The notes: generated by a model not told the origin, from the letters alone. Positions 51,647 to 60,558 are shown, counted from the first letter of the stretch. The stretch is 64,000 bases of DNA from an uncultured Alphaproteobacteria bacterium (GCA_963774685.1 CAVZFU010000005.1:1081538-1145537), one strand, 5' to 3'. A program made the numbers and translations.

Positions 51647-52414
51647 TTGATCCGGCGGGATGGCAGTCGGTGCGAGCGCTTGATCTCGATGGTCTTGCGC
51701 AAGGCGAGGGCGGAGACCCTCAATCTCATACAGTGGCTGGCCCGGGTCGCGAACAGTTACGTGCCTGCCGGTTTCCCAGAAGGGCGGCAGCAGCTCGAGT
51801 ACCGGGCCGCCACCGCGACCTTCCTCACCAGGCCTTTCGATAAGGACCTGACCCTCGCCTTGCAGATGCCGACTCTTGAAATGCAATTTCACGGGCACAG
51901 AAAGGCGGAGCCGCATATTTTCGATCCCGAAGAACGCTCGCCGGCGGAAGCCGAGGCGTGGCTGCTGGTCGAACTTCTGCATCGCGGAGTCGATACCGCA
52001 AGGTTCTCGAAAAAGCTGCCCTACGATATTCCCGGTTTGATGACCGGCGATGCCGCTGACCATTCGCCGCAATCGTGTCAACACGCCTTGACGCAATTGA
52101 CCGCCTGGTTTCGCAAGGCGGCAGCGATACTTGATGCCGCGGCCTGGACCTCGGACACCGAACAGACCTGCATTGTCTGCTGGCCGCAGACGCTCAGCCT
52201 CTCATGCGCGTCGAAGGGCGGATCGGCGCGCCCCGACATCGGATTTTCGCCGGGCGATGCGGATCACAACGAGCCGTATTTCTACCGGGGTCATCGGGCG
52301 AGCAACGGACCTGGGACTCGCAAGGGCCGCTCGATTTTGACGGCGTCGGAACTGCTGGCTGCCAGCGATCCGGCCGCCACGGCATTCGGCTTTCTGACCA
52401 CCGCGGCAACGTGA
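51647..52414 (+). CDS. Hypothetical protein, directly after msmD
   Basis: 255 aa ORF; C-terminal WP...GFSPGD..EPYFY is reminiscent of DUF5996-like proteins. The start is uncertain (ATG 51689 possible). Confidence 0.6.
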   Translation: MIRRDGSRCERLISMVLRKARAETLNLIQWLARVANSYVPAGFPEGRQQLEYRAATATFLTRPFDKDLTLALQMPTLEMQFHGHRKAEPHIFDPEERSPAEAEAWLLVELLHRGVDTARFSKKLPYDIPGLMTGDAADHSPQSCQHALTQLTAWFRKAAAILDAAAWTSDTEQTCIVCWPQTLSLSCASKGGSARPDIGFSPGDADHNEPYFYRGHRASNGPGTRKGRSILTASELLAASDPAATAFGFLTTAAT

Positions 52415-52431
52415 ACCTCGGATCGCGGACC

Positions 52432-53403
52432 CTAGACCGCGGTTTTCCGATTCTTGATCGGCCCGTCATAGACGGTGGCGTGATCGCCCTCGATGCGTTT
52501 GCGCAATTCGCCCGACTTGTTCATCGTGCGCACGGCGGATATGAACGCACCAGCCATCGGCAACACGATCTCTCCTTCGGTCCAGAACAGGCCGACCTCC
52601 TGACTGACGGTCGGACTGATCAGCGGTATCGCGCGCGTTCCGCGATGCAGCCCGGGCGCGTGGGCGAAGTGCGATGGGATAATGGTGCAAAGCTCGGTGA
52701 ATTGAACCTGGAACATCAGGTGCAAAATCGATTCGGATTCGATTTGAGCCTCCGGCTTGCAGCCGACGCTGGCGAACACCTGGTCGACAAACCGGCGCTC
52801 ATGCATCGAGGGACGCAGCATCGCCAGCGGATACTTCGCTGCATCCTTCCAGGTGATGGTCTTGCGATTCTGGAATTCGGCCGTATCGGGAACCAGCAGG
52901 CTCAATTGCTCGGTGTAGATCGGCAAGGTGTTCTTGCGTCCGAGATCCGCCTTGTCGAGATAGGTCATCGCGACATCGAGCGCGAAATTGTTAAGTCCGA
53001 GCTTCATCGCCTCGTTGCCGATGAATTGCACGTCGACGCGCAGGCCGGGATATTTCTCCCGCAGGCCCTGCAGCATGAACGGCAGCACCGGCGACATCGA
53101 GGGCATCACACCCATGCGCAAATGGCCGGTCAGGTTATTCTTCATGACCTCGATTTCTTTACGCATCGCGTCACAATGCGCCAACACCGCACGCGACCAT
53201 ATCGCAACGCGCTCGCCTTCCGCCGTCAGCCCCTGAAAGCGCTGGCCGCGACCGCGCAGAAAGATCGGAACGCCAAGCTCCAGCTCCAATTGTGTTATGC
53301 CGCTGGAAAGGCTGGGTTGGGTGACGTTGCAGCGCTGGGCGGCGCGGCCGAAATGGCGTTCTTCCGCAACGGCAACCAGATAGCGAAATTGCCTGAGAAA
53401 CAT
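52432..53403 (-). CDS. LysR family regulator
   Basis: RQFRYLVAVAEERHFGRAAQRCNVTQPSLSSGITQLE. Confidence 0.95.
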   Translation of the reverse strand: MFLRQFRYLVAVAEERHFGRAAQRCNVTQPSLSSGITQLELELGVPIFLRGRGQRFQGLTAEGERVAIWSRAVLAHCDAMRKEIEVMKNNLTGHLRMGVMPSMSPVLPFMLQGLREKYPGLRVDVQFIGNEAMKLGLNNFALDVAMTYLDKADLGRKNTLPIYTEQLSLLVPDTAEFQNRKTITWKDAAKYPLAMLRPSMHERRFVDQVFASVGCKPEAQIESESILHLMFQVQFTELCTIIPSHFAHAPGLHRGTRAIPLISPTVSQEVGLFWTEGEIVLPMAGAFISAVRTMNKSGELRKRIEGDHATVYDGPIKNRKTAV

Positions 53404-53456
53404 GGATAGGCTCGGTGCGACGCTGGACCTGAAATCACGATAGCGGAAATTTCAGA

Positions 53457-53471
53457 ATAGACCAGATGTAT
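53457..53471. promoter_or_regulatory. LysR-type box between lysR and tauE
   Basis: ATAG-ACCAGAT-GTAT; a further ATAG at 53488. Confidence 0.5.
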
Positions 53472-53556
53472 CGAGTCGGACGAGACGATAGGCACGGTAT
53501 TGTTTGTTGCGACGCACAACGCATGATCCGCGCGCGAAGGAAGTGGGGCGACGTCA

Positions 53557-54315
53557 GTGGCAATATCGAGTCTGATTTGGATATCGCTCCTGGGACTGAC
53601 TTCCGGCCTGATGATCGGATGCGTCGGCATTGGCGGCGTGATCCTGGTACCGGCGCTGGTGTTTCTTGCCGACATTCCGATCGAGACCAGCATTCCGGCG
53701 GCGCTGATGGCCTACGTGCTGCCCGGCCTCGTCGCGACAATCGTGTTTGCGCGTAACAAATCCATCCGTTGGGACATCGCGACATGGCTGTGCGTGGGCG
53801 CGGTGCCGACCGCGTTTGTCGGGGCGTGGGCGGTCAGCGTCGTCAATCCCCGATTACTGGAGGCGTGTCTCGGCCTTCTGACATTCCTGTCGGGCCTCAA
53901 TTCGCTAAGGACACAAAGCGCGGCCGGCAAACTCGAGTGCGTTCCGTCCAGCACGCGGCTGCTTGTCGTCGGAGCGGTGACCGGGTTTCTGTCGTCGATC
54001 ACCGGCACAGGGGGTCCCCTGGTGCTGGTGTCGATCGTCATTTCCATGAGCGTGCCGGTGCTGGTCGCGGTCGGGCTGAGCCAGGTGATTCAGCTTCCGG
54101 TGGCGATCGTCGCAACCTTCGGTAATCTGCTCTACGGACAGCTTGACTTTGAGTTGGGCGGCGTTCTGGCGGTGTCCTTGACCATCGGATCCTGGTACGG
54201 GGCAAAGCTTGTCCACGCCGTGCCGCGCACGACCTTGCACTGGATCGTATCGGTCGTGCTCGTGGTGGTAGGCGCTTTCATTCTTGGAAATGTCATTTGG
54301 CGGCTGTGGAAGTAA
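53557..54315 (+). CDS. TauE/SafE (TSUP) sulfite exporter family
   Basis: GCVGIGGVILVP and SITGTGGPLV internal repeat; about 8 TMs. Confidence 0.88.
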   Translation: MAISSLIWISLLGLTSGLMIGCVGIGGVILVPALVFLADIPIETSIPAALMAYVLPGLVATIVFARNKSIRWDIATWLCVGAVPTAFVGAWAVSVVNPRLLEACLGLLTFLSGLNSLRTQSAAGKLECVPSSTRLLVVGAVTGFLSSITGTGGPLVLVSIVISMSVPVLVAVGLSQVIQLPVAIVATFGNLLYGQLDFELGGVLAVSLTIGSWYGAKLVHAVPRTTLHWIVSVVLVVVGAFILGNVIWRLWK

Positions 54316-54318
54316 GCG

Positions 54319-55338
54319 ATGGCGCTGGAAGGATTTAAGCTTATCTACGATTTCGGCGACCCCGCAGCCGAGGCGAAGACATGCCGGACGGACTGTGCGC
54401 TGTTCGATTTCTCCTTCCTGGAATGTGCGCGGCTTGCCGGGAATCGCGCGTGCGACCTCATCGAGAGGTTCACCGGAAGGTCAATGGCCACGTTGAGGGA
54501 AAACGAGATATTTTATGCCTTGCGCGTTGATTCCGACGGCCGAATAACTGCCGATTGGACCGTGTGGAAGATCGCTGAGAATTCGTTCGATGTGATGAGC
54601 GGGCGCCGCGAGGATATTCTGGATTTGCTCGCGTGCTCCGGTCCGGGCGTTGCCGTCGTCGACATGACGGCGGATCGAGCGACGTTCGCGCTGCAGGGTC
54701 CCCGTGCGCTGGATATGTTGCGCAAACTCGGCGACGTCGGTCACATCGGCTCGCTCAAATACTTCACGTTCGACCACGCCCGTCTTGCGGGCATTCCCTG
54801 CACGATTGGTCGGCTCGGCTATACCGGGGAGCCCGGCTTCGAGATCATCGCAGAGCAGGGGAAAGCGCGCGATCTGTGGGACGCATTGTCCGCCCGTGTC
54901 GCCGCCGCGGGATTCATTGCGGCCGATATCCTGCGCATCGAGGCTGGCTTTATTCTGTTCAGCAATGAGTTCCGGCTACCCGTGTCGCCCTCTGAAGTCG
55001 GTCTTGGGAAATTCAGCCGTCCCGTCGATCCGCTTGAACCCGCCATAAAGCTGGTCTCGTTCCTCGCCGATGCGCAACCCCAGTCGTGGCCCTGGCGGCC
55101 GTCGCGCGACCTGCAGCGGCCCTCCGGGCTCGGGGCAATCGCGGTGACGTCGGCCTGCCAAAGCGTTGCGGCCGGCGGAATTCTCGGTCTTGGCTATGTC
55201 CTCGCCGAAGCATCGCCCGACACGGTTCTGCGCGATGAAGCAGGCAACTTCCGCAATATTCGTTTGGCGCCGAGGCCATTTTACGACACCGCAAAACAAC
55301 GTCCTCGCGAGCCCTGGCAGCAATCAGGCGACCGGTAA
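54319..55338 (+). CDS. Stand-alone GcvT-like folate-binding aminomethyltransferase family protein
   Basis: ALFDFS, GRITAD, FALQGPRA, RLGYTGEPGFEI, LRIEAG; no gcvH/P in the window. Confidence 0.85.
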   Translation: MALEGFKLIYDFGDPAAEAKTCRTDCALFDFSFLECARLAGNRACDLIERFTGRSMATLRENEIFYALRVDSDGRITADWTVWKIAENSFDVMSGRREDILDLLACSGPGVAVVDMTADRATFALQGPRALDMLRKLGDVGHIGSLKYFTFDHARLAGIPCTIGRLGYTGEPGFEIIAEQGKARDLWDALSARVAAAGFIAADILRIEAGFILFSNEFRLPVSPSEVGLGKFSRPVDPLEPAIKLVSFLADAQPQSWPWRPSRDLQRPSGLGAIAVTSACQSVAAGGILGLGYVLAEASPDTVLRDEAGNFRNIRLAPRPFYDTAKQRPREPWQQSGDR

Positions 55339-55349
55339 TCGCGGTGATC

Positions 55350-55414
55350 ATAGCCCGGGGCAACTATAAGATAGCTTTTGCGTATTTGACGGACCGGAGG
55401 CCGCAGCGCCCAAT
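55350..55414 (+). promoter_or_regulatory. Tandem LysR-type boxes and promoter for metF (homologous to the panB leaders)
   Basis: ATAG-N7-CAAC (55350), ATAG-N7-GTAT (55371), TTGACG-N17-CCCAAT. Confidence 0.6.
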
Positions 55415-55576
55415 GTTCCCGCAAACGAGAAGCGGCGGATTGGCGTTCACCGCTGCCGGGTTCTGCAAGACCATTTGGAGCGATTGCTACCTCGAAAACT
55501 CCCAATCCCCGCTGACGATGTCGCCGAGGACGATGGTTTCGCCATGCGGAGCTATGGCATTGAGAGACCGCCGCCC

Positions 55577-56458
55577 ATGACGATGGAATCGCGCGCGCAG
55601 CGAAACTCGACAGCAAACTGCGTCTCGTCATTGATGCAGGATCTTTCCATAGAGGCCACGCTGCCAAACCAAATGGAATTGGAGTCGCTGCGCGACATCC
55701 TTCCCTCTACGACTCAGATCTTTGTTGCAGCTCCACCGGGTCGTCCGTATTTGCGGCTGGTAGAAACGGCAATACAAATTCGCAAAGCCGGTTTTGAACC
55801 GGTTCCGCATATCGCGGCCCGAAATTATGAATCTCTGAAAGCCCTCGGCGACTTCGTCGCGCGGATATGCGGCGAATCCGGTGCGCGACGGGTTTTGGTA
55901 ATTGCCGGCGATGTCGATCGCCCGGCGGGACCATTTTTGGGGGCCAACGCGGTCATCGAGAGTGATCTCCTGCAGCGCTACGGAATTCGCGAGATCGGGG
56001 TCTCCGGATACCCGGACGGCCATCCGAAGCTAAGCGACGCAATTGTAATCGGTGCTCTGAGACGAAAGCTGAATTCGGCAAAGGAGAGAAATCTAAAGGT
56101 AACAATTGTCTCTCAACTGTGTTTTGACGCGGACCAAATCACCGCTTGGGTGAAGTCGTTGCGGAGCTCGGGCATCAGTGTGCCAGTTAGTATCGGTCTC
56201 GCAGGGCCGACAAGCATCAGAGGACTGGCGCGTTTTGCCTTAATGTGCGGTGTGCGCAATTCTTTCAAGGCATTTGTCGACGGCAAGACAAGTCAACTCT
56301 TCGGCGAAGCGTCGCCGGGCGACATCATCCATGACCTCAGCGAAGCCCTCGATCTATCGATGCCGGGGCAAATTTCCCTGCACCTCTACGCGTACGGCGG
56401 TCTGGTCCGAACGGTGAACTGGGCAAAGGATTTTCAAACTCGTTTCGGGGACGTTTAG
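55577..56458 (+). CDS. metF: Methylenetetrahydrofolate reductase-like
   Basis: PVPHIAAR, VIAGD, SGYPDGHP, SQLCFD, GLAGP, LHLYAYGG. Confidence 0.85.
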   Translation: MTMESRAQRNSTANCVSSLMQDLSIEATLPNQMELESLRDILPSTTQIFVAAPPGRPYLRLVETAIQIRKAGFEPVPHIAARNYESLKALGDFVARICGESGARRVLVIAGDVDRPAGPFLGANAVIESDLLQRYGIREIGVSGYPDGHPKLSDAIVIGALRRKLNSAKERNLKVTIVSQLCFDADQITAWVKSLRSSGISVPVSIGLAGPTSIRGLARFALMCGVRNSFKAFVDGKTSQLFGEASPGDIIHDLSEALDLSMPGQISLHLYAYGGLVRTVNWAKDFQTRFGDV

Positions 56459-56490
56459 CGTGAGCGCGGCTCCGGGCGTAGGCCCGAGCC

Positions 56491-57569
56491 GCCAACGCGC
56501 CGATGATAGCCGAGGGCAACTATATGATAGTTTTTGCATATTTGACGGACCGGATGCGGTAGCGCTCCATGCGCCTGCAACTGAAACGGCCGGGCGGCGA
56601 AGGTCGCTGCCGGCTTCTTCAAGGCTTTCGAAAACTAGGCTTGTGAGTGGGGGATTGGTTATGGCTGACGTACCGGCACGGAAGAAGGTCACCATCAACA
56701 CCTTGATGGCGAAGATGAAGAAGGGCGAACCGATCACCCAGCTTGCCGCGTACGATTATCGCACTGCGGTCGTTGCCGACCGCCTTGGCATGGATATCCT
56801 GTGCGTATCCGATACCGGCGGCATGATCCTGTTCGGCCACAAGAGCACCGTCTCGGTGAGCTTCGACGAAGTCATGATGATGTCGAAGGCGATCGACCGC
56901 GGCTCCAAATACGGGCTGCGCATGGTCGACATGCCGTATTGGAGCTTCCACGTCTCGCCGGAACAGGCGGTGGCCAATGCCGGCCGCTTCGTGCACGAAG
57001 CCAATGCCGAAGTGATGAAATGCGAGGGAAACAAGCATCACGCCAGGAATATCGAGGCGATCGTGCGCGCCGGGATCCCGGTGCAGGGCCACATCGGCAT
57101 CACGCCGATGCGGATGCCGCAGCTTGGCGGCTTCGTCGCCCAGGGCAAGACCGCCCAGCGCGCCAAGGAGATGGTGGAAGACGCCAAGGCGATGGTCGAT
57201 GCCGGCTGCTTCTCGATCCTGTGCGAGGTCACGACGTCTGAAGTTGCCGAATATCTGGCGCAGACGCTGCCGGTGCCGGTCATCAGCCTCGGCGCGGGCA
57301 ATGCCGCGCATGGCGTTCACATCATATCTTCGGATCTGTTCCATCTCTGGGAAGAGCATGTTCCGCGCCACTCGCGGATCTACACCGATCTGATCCCGAT
57401 CATGGAAGACGTCATCTCGCGCTATATGAAGGATGTCGTTACCCGCAACTATCCCGGTCCGAAGGAAACCGTCTTCATGAGCCCGGAAGAGTGTCTGCTG
57501 TTCGCCCAGGACATGAAGTGGGAGCGCAAGGTCGATGAATTGAGGTCGGTGGCCAAAAAAACCGCCTGA
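56491..57569 (+). repeat. Direct repeat copy 2 (panB-like gene plus promoter)
   Basis: See copy 1; LysR-type boxes at 56506 and 56527, TTGACG at 56542. Confidence 0.95.
56661..57569 (+). CDS. panB: Divergent PanB-like, copy 2
   Basis: Translation is identical to copy 1 from MADVPARKK onward. Confidence 0.8.
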   Translation: MADVPARKKVTINTLMAKMKKGEPITQLAAYDYRTAVVADRLGMDILCVSDTGGMILFGHKSTVSVSFDEVMMMSKAIDRGSKYGLRMVDMPYWSFHVSPEQAVANAGRFVHEANAEVMKCEGNKHHARNIEAIVRAGIPVQGHIGITPMRMPQLGGFVAQGKTAQRAKEMVEDAKAMVDAGCFSILCEVTTSEVAEYLAQTLPVPVISLGAGNAAHGVHIISSDLFHLWEEHVPRHSRIYTDLIPIMEDVISRYMKDVVTRNYPGPKETVFMSPEECLLFAQDMKWERKVDELRSVAKKTA

Positions 57570-57646
57570 GTTACGGTGGCGCATGAAGCCGCGCCAACAA
57601 GCAACTCTGACGTTCTGACGGAATAAGAAAAATTTTGGGAGAAGCA

Positions 57647-59071
57647 ATGGATCTCGCGGTCATTCATAACGGTGTGGCCGCTCCTGCGGCCAGCGAAGCG
57701 GTGCGGCTCAACATTCCAGGGCGGCTCGAGCGCTTGCCGATGACGGCGTATCAAAAGCGGATGTTTGCGATTGTTGCCACCGCGTGGCTCGCCGATCAGG
57801 TGGACGTTGCGCTGCTGGTATTTCTGGTCGGCGCTCTTAAAAACTATTTCAATCTTACGGCAGTGCAGATCGGTTTTCTTTCGTCGATGACCTTCCTCGG
57901 CCAGCTCGTCGGCAATCTGCTGATTGGCTCGATCTCCGACCTGTACGGCCGTCGCATAGCTTTTCAAAGCACGATGGTGATTTGGGGCGTTGCGAGCTTC
58001 CTGGCCGCGGGTGCGTGGGACGTCACCTCGCTCATGGTGTTCCGTTTCCTCATTGGAGTCGGTGTTGGTGGCGAAGCGCCGGTCGCGCAGGCTGTTCTGT
58101 CGGAGATTATTCCCGCGAATGTGCGTGCAAAATATATCGCATTTATGGAGGGATTTTGGGCGGTCGGCTTCGTCATCTCCGGCACGATCGCCTATACGGT
58201 GCTGCCCTACGCCGGGTGGCGTTGGGTTTTCGTGGTGGTCGGCATGTTCTCGTTGGTGGTATTTTGGGTGCGCCGCAGTTTGCTCGAATCGCCACGCTGG
58301 TTAGCGGATCATGGTCGGTACGCCGAAGCAGAGCAGGTCATGTCCGAGATCGAGGCCGGCGTTCAGAAAGCCAGCGGGGTCAAGCTCGCAGCAGCCAAGC
58401 CATTTCTTGCAGAAACCTCGCTCGAGACCCGAAATCCGCTCGGCGTGTTGTTTTCGCGGTTCTATCTGCGCGCCAATACCATGATCTTCAGCGTATGGTT
58501 TTTTGCGCTGCTCGGCTATTTCGGCCTGACGTCATGGCTCGGCATTATTCTGGGCGAGCATGGATTTTCTATCGTGACGTCGATTGGATTCATAACCCTG
58601 ATCACGCTCGGCGGTATTCCAGGGTTTTATAGTGCTGCCTTGCTGCTGGAGCGGATCGGGCGAAAGCCGACCACTGCCGTGTTTCTCTTCGCAAGCGCCT
58701 TGATGGCCTATGTGTATGGTCACGCGACGAATGACGTGATGTTGTTCTGCAGCGGCTTCGTCATGCAGTTCTTCATGTTCGGAATGTGGTCTTGCCTTTA
58801 TGCCTATACACCCGAGCTCTATCCAACGCGGGCGCGGTCGACTGCGGCCGGGATGGCGTCTGCCTTTGGTCGATTGGGTGCGATAACCGGGCCGATTGTG
58901 GTCGGCTATATTATCAGCTCGGTTGGCGCGACCGGCGTGTTTACATTGGGCGCCATGAGTTTCGTGATCGCCGCACTTATCGTGCTGATTCTCGGCATCG
59001 AGACCAGGGGCCGTACGCTGGAAGAGATTTGCCGCGAAGAGGAAGTGGTTGGTCTGCATTCAGCGGCTTAG
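57647..59071 (+). CDS. MFS transporter (organic acid / sugar-porter-like)
   Basis: RLERLP, SDLYGRR, ESPRWL, ELYPTRARSTAAG, IETRGRTLE. Confidence 0.9.
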   Translation: MDLAVIHNGVAAPAASEAVRLNIPGRLERLPMTAYQKRMFAIVATAWLADQVDVALLVFLVGALKNYFNLTAVQIGFLSSMTFLGQLVGNLLIGSISDLYGRRIAFQSTMVIWGVASFLAAGAWDVTSLMVFRFLIGVGVGGEAPVAQAVLSEIIPANVRAKYIAFMEGFWAVGFVISGTIAYTVLPYAGWRWVFVVVGMFSLVVFWVRRSLLESPRWLADHGRYAEAEQVMSEIEAGVQKASGVKLAAAKPFLAETSLETRNPLGVLFSRFYLRANTMIFSVWFFALLGYFGLTSWLGIILGEHGFSIVTSIGFITLITLGGIPGFYSAALLLERIGRKPTTAVFLFASALMAYVYGHATNDVMLFCSGFVMQFFMFGMWSCLYAYTPELYPTRARSTAAGMASAFGRLGAITGPIVVGYIISSVGATGVFTLGAMSFVIAALIVLILGIETRGRTLEEICREEEVVGLHSAA

Positions 59072-59125
59072 AGACCTTCACCCCCGGGGCCTGGCTGTGT
59101 CCGATAGCTCATTGGATTATCTGCA

Positions 59126-59824
59126 ATGATCGACAAAGACGACGTTGACAAGGAGCGGGCCTTGCCTGTTCGCGTCACTGATGAAGTCGATCCTGCGGTT
59201 TCAGGTATTTACGCAGAGGATGGCGCCGCCAATCATCGGGATGTGATGCAGTGGCGAAAGGCGGAGAGGGCCCGATTAATCGACGAACGACTTCAGGTTA
59301 GCGCCGATACACGCAAGAAAAACTCCGATTTCATCGCAGGGCACCTCGACGTGGCGATTGGTGATCCATGCGGGCGCGTCGTGAGTGGATATTGGCCGTT
59401 CCGCGGCGAGCCCGATTTGCGTGAATGGCTCGAAGGCCTGGAAGGCCGCGGCGGCCGATGTGCGTTGCCAGTGGTTATTGAGGCGAAAGCGCCCCTGGTC
59501 TTCCGCATCTGGAAACGGGGCGAGAAGCTGGAGCGAGGTGTGTGGGACATTCCCGTGCCAGCCGCCGGGGAAGAGGTGTGCCCGGACGTCGTCATTGCAC
59601 CGATCGTTGGCTATGATCGAGATGCATACAGGCTTGGGTATGGTGGCGGATATTTCGACAGGACACTCGCCGTCATGCAGAAGCGGCCGCTGGTCATCGG
59701 TGTTGGGTACAGCCACGCCGCAATACCGACAATCTACCCCAAGCTACATGATATTCCGATGGACAAGATTGTGACGGAACGGGGGATTGTTCTTCCTGCG
59801 AGGAGCAGGGCGCAATGCAGTTAG
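59126..59824 (+). CDS. 5-formyltetrahydrofolate cyclo-ligase
   Basis: YWPFRGEPDL, IAPIVGYD...RLGYGGGYFDRTL, HDIPMDKIVTE. Confidence 0.92.
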   Translation: MIDKDDVDKERALPVRVTDEVDPAVSGIYAEDGAANHRDVMQWRKAERARLIDERLQVSADTRKKNSDFIAGHLDVAIGDPCGRVVSGYWPFRGEPDLREWLEGLEGRGGRCALPVVIEAKAPLVFRIWKRGEKLERGVWDIPVPAAGEEVCPDVVIAPIVGYDRDAYRLGYGGGYFDRTLAVMQKRPLVIGVGYSHAAIPTIYPKLHDIPMDKIVTERGIVLPARSRAQCS

Positions 59825-59854
59825 AATTGCCCGAAAGCTGGGAGCAGATCGGGA

Positions 59855-60223
59855 TTGATGCCACTTTGCGAGTTCGAGCGCCGTTTGATCGCGCCTTTAG
59901 AAGCGGTAGCAATCAAACTGAACGGTCCGGCGGACTCTGTCGCAAAGGAGCCATCGATTCATACGCAAAATAAGCCTCGTTCAAGCGGCAAGTTGGAAGA
60001 GAAGAAAAGCAAAATTGCCTGGATCGACGTCGAGCACGTCGCAGAGCCAGGCGACTACAAATTCCGTGATGGCATTGTCCGCATCAAACGCAAACATCTA
60101 ACTACCTGGAAAAAAGACCCAGACGCTACGTTCACCTTGGTCCGCTTCGTGCCAAGCGTCGGTAATTTTCAAATGTACGGACTATATCCGGACAATTTTC
60201 TCGAGGGTGAGCAGCGGACGTAG
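59855..60223 (+). CDS. Hypothetical protein
   Basis: 122 aa ORF with no recognised motif. Confidence 0.35.
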   Translation: MMPLCEFERRLIAPLEAVAIKLNGPADSVAKEPSIHTQNKPRSSGKLEEKKSKIAWIDVEHVAEPGDYKFRDGIVRIKRKHLTTWKKDPDATFTLVRFVPSVGNFQMYGLYPDNFLEGEQRT

Positions 60224-60558
60224 CGTGCGAAAAATTCCGGAAAATAGCGGACCTGAACGGCGGCATGCTCCGCGCACTTGGCGCAATTGATAGCTGCACG
60301 CCGCGGCCTCGGTTTATTGGCGGAGCCAATATGTCGCCATTATCAAAACGAGGATGCTAGCTTTGCTGAAATCGGCCGCGGCTGGCCGATCCGGCCAATC
60401 AGAGGGCTCGCTGCGGGCTTGGTCGAGGCGCGGGGCGGTCTTGCTGCACTCATTGGGGGCAGCGCTCTACCGGCCCTGGGAGGCGTGGGGCCCGTAGGAT
60501 ATCGCTGGCCCCAGGGTTGCTACAAACAATCTCCGGCGGCTCGGGGCCTTGAGGAGAT

